Below, one piece after another: positions 39,039 through 53,129 of a stretch of DNA of 64,000 nt. Position numbers and translations under genes: made by a program. The number at the start of each line of letters is the position of its first letter. Position 1 is the first letter of the stretch. The notes below the pieces were generated by a model that was given only the letters and a program-made list of their open reading frames with translations, was not told where the DNA came from and did not search any database. The DNA lies in contig JAAILG010000806.1 of assembly GCA_012026655.1 (NCBI GenBank), positions 1 through 64,000 on the forward strand. Direction: 5' to 3'. This DNA comes from Hydrolagus affinis. Lineage: Eukaryota.

Positions 39039-39915
39039 AACAACAACAACTTTGATTTATATAGTGCCCTCCACACCGGACAGTGTCTCAGAGCGCTTCA
39101 CAATAGCAGATCCCGGGACCAAGCCAGGGGCAGGGGTAGAAAGGTGACCAAAGGCGCGGTCTAAGAGAAAAGTCTTTAACTGTGACCTGAAACTGGGAAG
39201 AGAGGGGGCAAGGCAAAGAGAGTGAGGAAGGGAGTTCCAGAGCCTTGGGGCATAGTGGCTGAAGTCATGGCCACCGAGGAAGGAGCGGAGGATTCGGGGG
39301 GACATGGAGGAGGTCAGACCCGGTGGAGCAAAGGCAGCGGGTTCTGGTTTGGGGAGAGAGGAGATCAGAGAGGTAGGGGGGTGCAGAGGAGTGGAGGGAT
39401 TTGTAAACAAGGGTGAGGATTTTGAAGTCAATCCTCTCAGGGACAGGGAGCCAGTGAAATCTGGCAAGCACTGGGGCAAAGCTTGCTGCTGGTGATTATG
39501 CAGACGGCAGAGTTTTGAATTAGCTGGATTTTGTGGATTGTGGTGGAGGGGAGACCGGTGAGGAGGGCGTTGCAATAGTCCAGCCGAGAGGTGACAAAGG
39601 CAGGGACCAAGGTTTCAGCGGCATTTGCGGTGAGGTATTGCCAGAGACGGGCGATCCGTCGGAGGTGGTAGAAGGCGGTGCTGGTGAGAGACCGGATGTG
39701 GGGGAGGAAGGACAGTTGGGGGTCGAACCTGACACCTAGGTTGCGCACAGGTTCGGAGAGTTTTAGGGGCAGGCCAGGAAGGTGGAGGAGGTGAGAGCCG
39801 TTCGAATGGAGACGTTTGACGAGAGCCAAAGGGCATGGCTTCCGTCTTGTCAACATTCACCTGCAAGAAATTTGTGCTCATCCAGCTCCTGATGTCTGAC
39901 AGGCAGGCTGTCAGA
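39039..39915 (-). mobile_element. 5'-truncated L2 LINE (subfamily B)
   Basis: [77 protein letters not shown]; frameshifted; (CAA)n tail. Confidence 0.92.
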
Positions 39916-40073
39916 AACCACTGTGCTCTCCACCTTCTGTTAGCTACCTGTGTAAATTCTGCAAATACTTTTTTTTAAAATCAGGGAGCCTGTTGACATG
40001 TAAGTTTTAGTTTCAGGAAAACAGCAAATGCAAATGTGGTGAGGGTAGAGAACCAGATATGGCCAGAGACTGA

Positions 40074-40129
40074 TGTGGGGGAGGAAGAATAACTTGGAGG
40101 TAGTGTGAGTGTCATCTGCATACATATGG
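40074..40129 (-). mobile_element. Tiny L2 RT remnant
   Basis: Encodes HMYADDTH followed by FLPHI. Confidence 0.5.
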
Positions 40130-40787
40130 ATATGTAATAAAGAGCTAATTCAACACGTTTCTAAATACTGTAGTTTCAATGGATTGACTGTATCATTAAC
40201 ACATTAATACTACCGGATTATATTGGCATGGCGATAAATTCCAATGAGCATCATGCAAGTATATCTTAAAAGAATAAGACATAACTAATGAATTGCACTG
40301 TATCAGTGCAGTCTACTTGAAGATTCAACTTGTCTTGATATCTTTTCATAGAAAATCCGAAAATCCTGTACTCTCGGAACAGTCATTTTACACATCTATT
40401 CATTCCATCAGCTGTGTTAAAAACGAAGGTTACAATCTAAAAATCATAACTTTTAATCCTGTATTTTACAACACAAAGTTTCCATTCCATGTTTCATTCT
40501 GTGTAAGCCAGATAGCCAATCCCAAGGTTGCATCATTTGTTTTCTTTCACCAACAGATATTATACCTGGTCTGCCTTGATTTACAATTTTACTATTTTCA
40601 CTTTTGAACTGAGGAAATTTAAAATACTTATTAGTCATACAATCCTAGTCTTGCATTTTCTTTATGGCACCAGGATTAACAAATGTTAAAACAAAGTTTA
40701 TCTCCAGGTTTTTTTTACAGAGCGAAAGAGACAAAAAGCATATTGGACTTAGAATTGGTACAATTTTAGATTTAGTTTCTATATTTT

Positions 40788-41088
40788 GGAGCTCCTGTAG
40801 CTCAGTGGTTAGAGCATTTGCCTTACAAGCGTGAGACCTGTGTTCGAATCTAAGCAGGTCAGGGCGAAACCTTGGGCAAGTTTCCTTACTCCACATGCCT
40901 AATAATAATGCCTCCAAAAAACACAAGAATAAAAATTGGTCATTTCAATCCACTACTGTTTATGCGACACTGCTGTGCATAATTGGCTGCCGCATTTCGC
41001 CCACTAATATACAGCGAATTCATTTTACAGTATATTCTGTGAAGCGCTTTGAAAAGTGCTATATCAAATACAAGGATTCTTATTATTA
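40788..41088 (+). mobile_element. Near full-length tRNA-derived SINE with Deu-type core and L2-like tail
   Basis: Pol III A-box TAGCTCAGTGG, B-box GTTCGAATC, core GCTGTGCATAATTGGCTGCCGCATTTC, tail GTGAAGCGCTTTG...TATCAAATACAAGGATT(ATT)n. Confidence 0.88.
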
Positions 41089-43974
41089 ATATTATTTTCA
41101 GCCTTAGTATTGATTTTGTGCCACTAGCCAGCTGGTTCCTTGTATTTGGTAGAAATTGAGACCTTCAACTGTCAAATGATTCAGTTGTTGGCTCATGACT
41201 GTTAATAGAGAGACAACTATATCATAATGCCAAGGCATCCACTATACTATATAATTGTTCAGGCTCAAAAATGCATTTCTGCCAGAGACAATATGTATCC
41301 AATGCACTTAGGCACCAACTTTATCACGACCTTTGGTATCTATTCTTTTACTATCTCTATCAGCACCAAACAGGTTTATTTGTAAGAAGGAGCAAATTGA
41401 TCTCTCAAAATTGTAAGATCTCTAAATCTCTAAAACCAACATTTGTTTTGTTGTTTGTAAAGGACTCGTTATCTTGATTCATTTGCTATTTGCTTCATCA
41501 CTTTGTGGGACACTGCAAGGCGCAAATTGGCTGCCAAGTCTGCCTACAAAATATACTGTTACTTCACGCTACAGCAATTCCCGTGAAGCACTCTGAGAAG
41601 TCACCCCTACGTCAAAGGCATTATATCAATAAGCAAGGCTTATTATTATTACAAGCTCCATTATGAAAATGAAATGCATTAGGAAATACGAGCTGAGGAG
41701 CTTCTGTTTCAGATTCAATTATTTATCCACTGATTAAATTATTTAGCAAGGCATTACAAGTTTAACCAAAGAGTTTGAACTATACCTATTTTTAGATAAA
41801 TGCTTCACAGGATATACTGTAAAATGCGCTGACTATGTTTTGTGGGAAAATGTACTGCAATTATAATGCTCGAAAAACATTAAATAGCATTAATATGTAA
41901 ATCTTCTAAATCACTTGGAATGTCCTCCTGACACAAATGAGTATTATTATTATTATATTCAAAAATGTTAATTACATATACAGTACATGCAAATATTTAA
42001 CTACTTTTATTTCCTTTGTCTAGGTTCTTCCAATTGGGATTGGGATTTTGATTACTCTCAGCAACATTTAAATTGCGATTGGAGCTGACACCATTGTGAA
42101 ACTGTCAGCTCCTCCCAACGTGAAAGACGCTCTATAAATGTAATTTTGTTGTTGTTGTTGTTTGTTGATGGGTACATGTGGACAATGGCAAAGTTCAGAT
42201 ATTATGAAGGTGAATGGGGTTTTTAGAGAAATTACTCACCATACCCAGCCCATTATAGAGTATATCTTTTGAAAAGAGGTAAAAAAATTACGATAAAGTT
42301 GAACAAGTTTAGCGAAAATCGGTCATTTGTAATATTTAGTCCGTTCTAGTGCCCTTTACCTTGCAGTAAGTGGGAACCTGATTGTTAGTCAGTTGGCAGA
42401 TCGCTTTTTGAAGGTAATAGTTCCTTGAAAAAATTTATTTAGTAATAATAAATTGGTCACTTCAAGCCATGACTGTGTGTGGGAAGCTGCTGTGTGCAAT
42501 TCTGTGTATATTCTGTGTTTTGAGATGTCTTGAAGACGTGATAAGGCAACATATCAAATCCAAAGATTCTTATTATTATTTTGTATAATACATGTCCAAC
42601 GAGTTATATTTATTTTGCTTGCAAAGTAAAGATTAAGAAATCCTACTGTGGTTGATTTAGAATAGTTGTCAAATACATTGGGGTCAATTTAACCATGAAT
42701 TCAAGTTTAAGTATCAGTTAGGAGGATACCAGCTCTTCATAACACATAATGATAAAAATAATAATAATGCTTGCATTTGATATGCTTTATTTTATTCAAC
42801 ACAAAGGTAATGTCAGGAGAAGGTGCTGCATGTGGATTGGTCTTTGACTCCAGATGGCAAGAAATGGCCAAGGCATAATGTTTAAATACCTGAGAGATTC
42901 CACAAAGCAAGAGATATTGCAGGGAAACCTGATAATGAACAGTACTTTAAAATGGCTATTTGCTGGAAAGTAGAAAATGTTACTACAGGGAAATTATACT
43001 GTGAGGCGAAGGATAGAATGACTGACAGTTAACAAGGGAATTGCCAATTAAGGAGTTTGTATTAAATCTGGGTTAGGATTTACTGAGACAGCAGTGTGAC
43101 TGAGATCACAAAGGTTTCCTTACCCAGTCGGAATTAAAGGTCTAGGAATTCTTGCAAAAATTGATTAAACTCATTAAACTTGACGATAGAGTTGTCTGGT
43201 TAACCTATGGCATCTCTGAAGCAAAGCTAAAAATGAAAAATAAATGCAAGTAGCTTTGTCTACCTGTCATTATGTTACTAACTAATTTAACTACATTTGG
43301 GGCTTTGGGGCAATATTAAAATAATTAGCTCCATCATGGTGACAAATGTGGCCCCAAATGGTAAGGGTATTGTTCATATACTTTTAACATTAATTTCTAC
43401 AATTACTGAGTGAACATTCATGACACAGGACACAACACTTACCCAATATAATACCCAAGTTAAGCAAGTTTATGGTAATTTGCCGTTTCTTCACTCGATT
43501 AACCTTCATATTCCTAAATATTTCAATGAAATGCAAAATGGTGTCCTACGAATAACAGTCATTTTTTTTAAAAGTGAAAACATGTTCTAACACGGATTCT
43601 CTGCAAGCCAATTGCTGCTCATTACACAATTGTCTACAAAACTCAACAGTAAAGAAATATGTATTTATATGCACCTTACAGCCTGTCCCCAGCTCGGGTC
43701 TGACACAGTGACTCTCTAGCTCTTTGGGATGTCCTCCTGACGTGAAAGGCGCTATACAAGAGTCATTTTGTGGTTGTTGTTGTTGTGGCATTCTCCAACA
43801 GTCAATTTGGTTGAAATTTTTCACTTGACAAAGAAATAGAAAGAATTCATAGCAGTATGTATCTCTCGCTCCCAGCTACTGAGAGACTTGACTTCAAATT
43901 AGAAATTTGGGGGCAGAAATTCTGTTCACTGGAGTTCACAGCCATAAGGAGCAATAGGAACATCAGGATATGAC

Positions 43975-44270
43975 TCAAATATACTGTTCAGTGAATTGAC
44001 TGTATATTTTGTGGGTGAAATGCAGCAGCCAATTGCGCACAGCAGTGTCTCACAAACAATCGTGGATTTAGTGACCTTGAGTAGTATTTTTTTTTAAAAG
44101 GAATTATTACCCTCGATCCACGATCCGCCAATCAATTAACAATTAATGTTTGTATTTACTGCTAGGTAAACAGAAGCATGTGGAGTAACGAAATATGCCC
44201 AACATTTTTCCCTTCAAACCCAGGTCTTTCACTTGCAAGGTGAGTGCTCTAACCACCATGCTACAGGTAC
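43975..44270 (-). mobile_element. tRNA-derived Deu-core SINE
   Basis: gcagccaattgcgcacagcagtgtctcacaaac core and ttcaaacccaggtctttcacttgcaaggtgagtgctctaaccaccatgctacagg head. Confidence 0.75.
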
Positions 44271-46756
44271 CAAAGAGCACAAGGCAGATAACGGTTTGTT
44301 GACATTATTTATTCACTGCTTTATTCATCGGGTTGCCCGTAAAATACACATTGATTCCACTTTACACTATGTTCTGTGAAACATGTTGCGACATCTCAAC
44401 AACATTATAAGGCACTAAATCAAATGCAAGGATTATTATTATTTTCATTCTACTTTGCTCACCATTGTATACTCTATCTTCCTCAAAGATAATGACACTG
44501 TGAGGGAAGATTGCTACACAGAGACACACTTTCAGAAGAGGATGCCTTGAGATATAGGAGCAACATGTTCCAGGGGTGAATGGTGGTGCGAGCTCCAATT
44601 TATGGAATGTCAGTTATTTTTTAATTCAATTTTTCCTTGAGCAGAGCAGTTTACTTTAAGAGGCAACGGTCTTTCAAACAGGTATGCTACTATCTTTTTG
44701 CAACATGAATTTAGCACAGCAGTAAACACTTTTAAGTGAACTCAAAAAACATCAATTTACCAATTAGATAGTCAGCCATCTGGCAATACTTTAAACACCT
44801 TATGCCATCAGCGCAAATGTTTGAACCAGTTTTATTACTACAAGCAAACTAAAGTTATAATGTTTAATTCCCTTTATTTTCGGCTTGCAACAAAGCATGC
44901 AATATGAAATGAGTGTTGGAACCTAAGTGACACATTATTATTCATGATGCAGCCAATACAAGTGGTGTTTCTTGCTGCTGTCATCCAATTTGTTTAATGA
45001 ACCTTTTAGGATTAGATTATATAATACATTCTTATGAATGGGCATTTAGGAAAAGTCTTCCATTGGATGTTTTTGCGCAGAAAATAATTTATATCTTTCA
45101 ATTGGCACAAGCCACAGCACTTGGTACATAAATATATTCATGAAATCAATACCCAGAGGATAAAATAACATCACATGTGACTGAGGATTGCAGAAACACA
45201 AGAGGTGCTGATATTACTTTTTTGTAATCTGGGTATAAAATGGGAATGAACACAATGTAACGAATAAACTGTTTAATCAAGTAATCACATGGAATTTCAC
45301 AAGTTGATACATAATCGGAATTAATGTACTCATACTATTTTAGAATCAAGCACATCAAAACTACACAGTACCATGCAATGTAAAATTAAACACAGTACCC
45401 CAAATAATCCAAATCTAATTACTGAACTAAATTTTGAATACATTGTTTTCAAAATAAAACCTTTTTTAATCACGTTATTTAAAATTATATCCACATTGTT
45501 TGTTTAGAGAATATAAAAGGACGTTTTTATCGAAATTTAAGAGGACCTATTACTCATATTAACACTGATAACATCAACATAGTGAGAAAATACCAATGAC
45601 GTGCAGTGGGTAAAATGATAGAGTATTTGGGGCAAGGCTTTATGACGTAATCATAATAAGTGGTAGTCATAAGCCATGCCCCCAAAGGCAGCAGCGGACT
45701 CTGCCTTTTTCCCAGTCATTTGTTCTGCAAATACGCATGCGCGAAGATGCCATTTCAATGTGATCTGATTGCAATGGAAAGAAAGAGGAAAGGCAGCGGT
45801 AGCTTGTGCCTATTTCACCTGTTACTGAGACACTGAGAAAGAAACGCGCATGCGCATCGGAACTACATTCAACTCAATGGGTAAAAAAGGCACAGCGTCT
45901 CGCTGCCTTTCTGTTACTTTTAAAGTAGACATATTAAATCGCAGTTAAATAATTTTGGTAGTTTCTACTAAAAATCGTTTGCATTATGTAAAATGTGCAT
46001 TGTAAAAATATAAACCATTAAATAATCATCTACAATTTAAAGATTTTATTTTCATAAGATAGGCACCTTTCATAAGCTACCCTACCTACCCTGACTGCAT
46101 GTCTATGGAGAATACTGTACGTTAGTGAGGGAAACTCAAAGCAACAGCTTGAGTAATTGTAATACCACTTATTGCCAAGCACGATATTGCAGTCCAGGTG
46201 CTAAGAATAGTCTATTAACACCATTCAACATGGGTGTAAATAGTCTAACTCTACAAGTCATAGAGAATTCAATCACAGGCATGATGGTCATTGAAATCTC
46301 CTCTTCATAGTGAATAACAGTTGAGCCACATTCTGTTCTCCAGGAAAGCGCATACCTTAGAGAGGTGGAGTTGGAAACTTCCCAAACTCTAATCCATATC
46401 CAAATTCCATGGTGCAATTCAGCAACACCATTTAGCATATCCTTCTGCTGTTCCAACAATATTATTTTGAAAATGTGCTCACTGATCTCCATAACCAACT
46501 GTTCCTCTACAGATGTCTCATGGCTGCAACATGGAAGTGGGCACTCAAATCACCTTCCTTCATTGGTTTGAGCATGTGTGGCAAATGAATGCTCACATCC
46601 TATTGGTAAAATAAAATCCATCGCTACAGATGTCACAAGGGTTTTCTTGCTGCAGCATTATTTTTACATTTTTTTGTGCAATGTATCTTTGAGATGTCGG
46701 TAAGACATGGAAAGTGCTATATAAATGTAAGGATTATTATTATTATGAACACCAGA

Positions 46757-46900
46757 TAATAACAATAATCCTTGCATTTGATATAGTGCTTTTCACGTCT
46801 TCTAGGTGTCTCAGAGTGCTTCACAGAATATACTGCAAAGTGAATTGACTGTATATTTGTGGGCGAAATGTGGCTTGCTGTGTGCAAGTGCCCTGCTGCT
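46757..46900 (-). mobile_element. SINE 3' half, tail-to-tail with another SINE tail at about 46685-46745
   Basis: aataatccttgcatttgatatagtgcttttcacgtc...gcttcacagaatatactgcaaagtgaattgactgtatatttgtgggcgaaatg. Confidence 0.75.
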
Positions 46901-48074
46901 TTTGCCTACAAATACACACAATACTTCACAATAAATTCTATGAACACTTTGGGATATCCTCCCGACGTGACGTGAAAATATTATCGTTATCATTATTGTT
47001 TTTTCTAAATGGAAGGACACCAATTCTATTGACCAAACAATACTGAAGGATACCGTTTGTTATTGAGAACATTTTTATTTGAATTGAATATCTACAGTCT
47101 TATTTGAATCTGAAAAGTAAGCAGAATGTGACAGAGAGATCATTCAGGAAATGCAAGAGTGGGTCTTTGGGCGACTGGTTGTTAACGTTGTGTAAAGGAT
47201 TATTCCTGCATTAGAAGGTCATCAGATAACTCCAACTAAGCAGCGTATGCGGTTGCAGCCATCTAGCAACATTATGAATACGCAAACATCGGCCTGTGCC
47301 CAAACATCTAACACAAAGATTTGTATTCATTAAGCTCTTTGTGCTGCACATCACGATTCCGATTTGGCTGATAACAAACACCATACCATCGCTGGAACAA
47401 ACTCACCGAAGATACCACATTAACTCTTGTGTGACTATTATCAGATTAAAACACAGTTTAAGAATTTATAACGCAGAATTTGACACCTTTATTTCAAGCT
47501 ATTTTAGCAAAATGATGGCTCCAGAGGGTTCACACATTTAATCATCGGGGCCCCTTGTAAAATAATTTAGTTATTTGTAACACAGATGTAACACAGATGC
47601 CATCTTAGCACACCTGTTGGGATTGTTACATTGACTTACTGGGGAAAAATAAAAGATAAGCAATCTCAAATGATTTTCGTGAAGCATAAAGAAGGTCACC
47701 TAAAGGTTACTGAGTTGTATTAGAATTTCAGTATCACCCTGCAATGTGTTAATGGGAGCAGATATAGCAGGTGGTTAACATTCACAGTGTGGTACTGGGC
47801 TCCCGAATGGGGTCATCAGAAGGACACTTATCAAATTGCTTTCTGCTACAATTCTTTTCTGCTTGTCTGTCAGAAAACACATCTCCCTCTGCATTTACCC
47901 ATGGCTGTTTCACAACGGTTCTGGCATCTTCTAATCTAACATAAAATGAATATATCATGCACCATAATAGAAATACATAGAGGACATAAGTAAGCTAAGA
48001 ATATTTTGTTTTAGATTTTACATCCACATCAGGGTTCAGGAGTTTGACGTCAACCTGCTATTCTGCCTTTTGGG

Positions 48075-48388
48075 GAGTCTTATATCGTATTGGTAAGAGC
48101 TCTCATCTCGCAAGAGAGGTCCTGGGTTTGATTCTCGGGCAGGCAGGTTTCGTACTCCACACACCTCTATTTATCTGGTTGTTAGTTGATTGATGCATTA
48201 CTTTCTGAGGGTATTAATGCCTTCAAAATACATATGATCTCTCAATCCACGACTGTTTGTAGGACACTGCGCAATTGACTGTTGCATTTCGCTCACAAAA
48301 TATACAATCAATTCACTTTACAGTATATTCTCTGAGGTGCTTTAAGATGTCTGAATGACATGATATCAAATATAAGAATTATTATCAT
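48075..48388 (+). mobile_element. Diverged tRNA-derived SINE
   Basis: ggtaagagctctcatctcgcaagagaggtcctgggtttgattc head; aatccacgactgtttgtaggacactg core; tail atatcaaatataagaattatt. Confidence 0.65.
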
Positions 48389-49299
48389 TTTGAAATAAAT
48401 CAACAATAGATACCAGTACTCTTTCTTACAAAATATATCCATGTAAACCTCACTGTAATTAGCTTCATATTAATTTCTGGATCATCTTTTGATTTATTTG
48501 AATATTTTGGTTTAAGCAGTGGGTTCATCGATATCAAAAGTTCTCGAATATAAGACCTGGATTCAACGCAACATCCTTGTCTGCAATGTGTGTGCTGAGA
48601 ACTCCATAGGATAAGAAACCAAAGATCCATAACTTTCTTCAACCAGTAAATATCCACTGGCATCAATTAAATTGTTTTTTTGTCCAAATCTCTCAATATA
48701 ACTGACAAAGACAGCAGGTCAAGAGCCTAACAGTATAAAGGCAGTGAATTAACATTGCTAAATGCATTCATGAATCTCCATGGTTTTAGAAATCTTGTCA
48801 TTTGTATCTATTGGAGTTACAAATGTAGACTTCAGATGCTAATTACAACTTCAAGTTTGTATTGCAAATTTCAGATAATTTTCAAACTCCAGAAATGTCT
48901 TCTAAAAGAAGAGGAAAAATAAATCATATTATGATTATAATTATTTGTGTAAGCGTTTTTTGTTAAAAAAAATTAAATACTGATTACAACTCTCTTGGAT
49001 GACATGTCCACATATTATATCAATAGCACTTAAAATCGATCCATTGCATACAGTACACATTTCTGTATCAGCTTTATGTAATGTGTGCTGTCTGCCGGGT
49101 AATATTAGTCAGGCATATTCCAACTGGGTAGATATTTATGAAGTCTAGTAGCAAATTAGTATTTCATGTTCCTATAGCTGAAAAATTATCAAAGGTGTTT
49201 GATTTCAGACAGCTTTTGTCTTCTCTGCTGAAACCAAACGATTTATTATTATCTGGTCACTCATGCAACTCAATTGTGAACTTGGTGCACTAACGAGCT

Positions 49300-49590
49300 G
49301 AGGGAAACAAGGTCAAGTGGCAGGATACCGAGCCTGACAGAGGGATTCCAGGATGGAGTTCCAGAGACAGACTTGTGGCTGAAAGCTCAACCACTGATAA
49401 TCAGGCAGATCAGGCTGGGTACATGAAGCAAGCGAGCATTTGCTGAGCGGAGAGAGAAGCCAGTGTAGTAGGTCACAGCGGGTGATGGATATAGAGTGAG
49501 GCATTTAAAAACGAGGACAAGGATCTTAAACTTGATCCGCTGGACAGTGCAGAGTCAATGGACCGAGGATGGAGGTCATTGGGTAAACAA
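49300..49590 (-). mobile_element. Old L2 fragment
   Basis: gaggacaaggatcttaaacttgatcc (RIKFKILVL on the minus strand) and ggagttccagag (LWNS). Confidence 0.65.
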
Positions 49591-51189
49591 TGCCTTGGAA
49601 CAACTGAGTCTGTAGTAATTATTATCACTGTACTATTATAAAGGTAATGATTAAACTATTATTAATATTATTAGGATTAAAGAAGTTCCTCCTTGCTTTC
49701 ATGCTCAACTACAAGATTGCCCGTTCAATTCTAAATGCTCACTTTGCTTTTTGCTCTTATATTTGTACTTAAAAACGTCTTTGCTCTTGGTTTTCATGTT
49801 AACTGCAAATCATATTCCATATTCATGTCATGTTTCATATTCCCTCTTAGCCTTCCAAATCTCCCATTTTGCTTCTTCCCATCTAAAATCTTTTCATATT
49901 ACTAAATATTCCTCTGTATTACTGGCTCTACCACATGATACTTTTGTAAACCTGAGCTATTTCCTATTCTCCCTGAGCTATGGATTTGATATCTAATCAG
50001 TCCCACTACTATGTAATGCTCTTTAACTGGCAAAAACACATTGCGATTCACAGAGTGGCTGAGTAAAGAAACCTTCCTCTGTGCCTCTGATGTTGAAATA
50101 GGAGGGTTGTGAGCATCAAGATAAAAGAAACGAGACTTGTCGAGGTTCTACTAATAAACAATAGAACAGAAAACTCTCACGTAGCAGAAAGCCCATAAAA
50201 AAATTGAGTCAGAAGAGGAGTGAGATAGAGATAGAGAAAGTGAAAGTGGATGTGATTTATTTATTTTCAAAAAGGAGTTGTAACTGGTCAGGAAAGTTAG
50301 ATCTAGTGGTAAAAAAAGAGACATTAAAAACAAAAGGAAATTAAAATAGTTTTTTTTTAATATGCTTGGTAACTGACATGTATGAAACACACTGGGCAGA
50401 TTCTGGCAAAGGATCTATCCTGCTTCAACAATCTCTGCATGAAACAATAATGTTTATTTTTTCACAATTCTTGGTGCTATCTTTCAAAGAGTCGCGTGCG
50501 ATATAGATTTATCTCTCAGCCAATGGATCCCCTGTGCACTTAGAAAGCTCATTCAGAGATTCAGAAGCTTAAGGTTGTGTGTTCCAACTCACCTCTCACT
50601 CTGAATTCATGCCCCTCACTGATTGTCAAATGTAATGTCAGCCCCTAGCCGGCATCAGCTATCTTTACCTTGTGCATTATCCCTTTATTGGGAGAATCAG
50701 AAACAGTCAAATTGTATTTGCTACCTCTTTCGATCTCTTGTGTATGCATGCCCTTGTTATGAATCAGATATAATCTCATTTGCATCTGCTTTCTCTATCT
50801 CTCTGTTATGCACTTATGCCCCTCGTTGGCAAGGCACCAATGTTTATCTTTCTTGTTCTAATCACTGGACAGCTATTTCAGTGAGCCATACATACAAAGT
50901 TGTTATAACAGATTGCTATTTTACTGTTTGCATAAAGAATACAGATAAACCATGTACTACCAGGCTCAGAATTGCAGTCCTCCTAAACATATCTTGTTAA
51001 TTATTTAGGAAACAATGCTGAAATATAATTTGAAATCCTCCTCCCGCGACTTCTGAATATGGGTGGCAGCGAAAAGCTATCTTAGAATCATGCTGAACAT
51101 GGTAGTTATTTTCAATCCCGGAAGTAAATTTTCAAGTATTGCTTTACAAGATATTGATAAATTTATTCTTTGTTGGGACTTTGAACTCA

Positions 51190-51485
51190 CAGTCTAATCT
51201 GATACCCCAGATCAGTGCTGGGGGTGTGCTGCATTGCATGGAACGAGACGTTCAAGCAACTCCCTTCTGTCTGTTCAGGTAAACAATAAAGATCCCAAAG
51301 ATCACTATTTGAGAAGGGAGTTGCTCCCGAATTAAATTGGTCATTGCTATTTGCGGGACATAGCTATATTAAAATGGCTGCCGTAACCATCTATAAATAC
51401 AGTCTTTACTCTAGCGCCTTAAAACGACATCCCAACATGAAAGGCACAAATACAAATGTAATTTTGTTGTTCCTTTGTTGTTGTT
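51190..51485 (+). mobile_element. SacSINE/DeuSINE-like element with L2 tail
   Basis: aatctgataccccagatcagtgctgg..gtgctgcattg, ctgtctgttcaggtaaacaataaagatccca, aaatggctgccg, tail aaatgtaattttgttg. Confidence 0.55.
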
Positions 51486-51565
51486 TAGAGTAAACCTGTA
51501 AGACACTTTGAGATGCTTCAATGGCATGTTAAGTGACCGTATCAAATGCAAGGATTATTATTGTT

Positions 51566-52912
51566 AAACAACAACAACAACAACTTCAATTTATATAGCG
51601 CCCTCAACGCCGGATGGCGTCTCAGAGCGTTTCCAATAACGAATCCCGGGCTCGAACCAGGGGGAGGGGGGAAAAAGGTGACCAAAGGCACGGACGAAAA
51701 GACAGCTCTTCAGCTGAGACCTGAAACTAGAGGGTGCGAGGCAAAGGGTGCAAAGGAAGGGAGTTCCAGAGCTTTGGGGTGTTGTAGCTGAAGGCACAGT
51801 CACCGATGGAGCGAGGATTCAGGGTACAAGGAGGAGACCAGAACCGGAGGAGCGAAGGTAACGAGTGCTGTATTGGGGAGAGAGGTCAGCGAGGTAGGGG
51901 GGTGCAGAGGAGTGGAGAGATTTGAAAACAAGAGTGAGGATCTTGAAATCGATCCTCTTCAGGACAGGGAGCCACTAAAGTCTGCCAAGGACTGGAATAA
52001 TCGGGGAGCGAAGTTTGGTGCGGGTGAAAACACAGGGGCAGAGTTCTGGATGAGCTGGATTTTATGGATTGTAGTGGAGGAGAGACCAGCGAGGAGTGCA
52101 TTTGCATAGTCCAACCGAGAGGTGACAAAGGCATGGACCAGCGGCTTTTGGGGCAAGATATTGTCGGTGATGGGCAATACGTCGCAGGTGGAAAAAAGCA
52201 GTGCTGGTGAGGGACCAGATGTGGGGGAGGAAGGACAGTTTGGGGTCGATGCCAAGGTTGCGTACCGGTTCAGAGAGTTTTAGGGGCAGGTCGGGTAGGT
52301 CGAGTACGTGAGAGTCGTGTGACTGAAGACGATGGCAAGAGCCAAAGAGTATGGCTTCCGTCTTGTCAACATTCAGCTGCAGGAAATTCGCAATCATCCA
52401 GCTCCTGATGTCTGACAGGCAGGCTGACAGAACATGAGGGGACTGGTGGTCTCAAAGTGAGGTGGGAAAATAGAGATGGGTCCGCATATATGTGGAAGTG
52501 TACCGCATGTCTGCAGATAACATCACCAAGAGGGAGCATATAGATTAGAAAGAGGATTGGGCCAAGGATGGATCGCTGGGGTACCCTGCAGGTAACCGGG
52601 TGAGAGTGGGAGGAAAAGCCATTTGTGGCGATGTACTGCTGGTGGTTTGTGAGGTAGTATCGAACCAGGCGAGTGCGGTCCCATTGAGGTGAATGACGGA
52701 GGACAGGCAGTGGAGGAGGATGGCATGGTTGACTATGTCGAACGCAGCGGAGAGGTCCAGGAGGAAAAGGCAACAGAGGGAGCCCTGGTCACAGATAGAG
52801 AGGACGTCGCTTGTGACTTTCACAAGCGCAGTCTCTGTACTGTGGGCAGGGTGGAAACTGGATTGGAGGGGTTCGAAAAGGGAGTGGGAGGAGAGGTGCG
52901 CGCGGAGTTGCT
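51566..52912 (-). mobile_element. Longest L2 LINE copy (subfamily B), RT domain to 3' tail, inactivated
   Basis: [92 protein letters not shown]; several frameshifts; (CAA)n tail. Confidence 0.93.
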
Positions 52913-53129
52913 TGGCTAAAGTACTGAGGAAACACACAATTTGGTACTAAATACTTGTGGGTAGTAATGAGGGGATATCCAGTGTATTTACAAGACCTAG
53001 TTTTGAGCAAAGGTCAAGAGCTCTTTGTGAGTCCAATTCCCAGTGATAAACGGATCCTTGAAACATGTAGCATTTAACTGCTTGATGGCTTGATAAACCT
53101 TTATGCTATTGTGGTTGGATGATTCACAG

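Noticed and set aside
40788-40862. Possible tRNA gene
   Set aside because: A/B boxes continue into a SINE body and tail present in many diverged copies.
46169-46498. 109-aa minus-strand ORF
   Set aside because: No motif I can recognise and no clear splice context; may be an old TE relic but unsupported.
27378-52912. Active LINEs or strand bias of L2 insertions
   Set aside because: All copies are 5'-truncated with stops or frameshifts, and the two orientations are about equally frequent.
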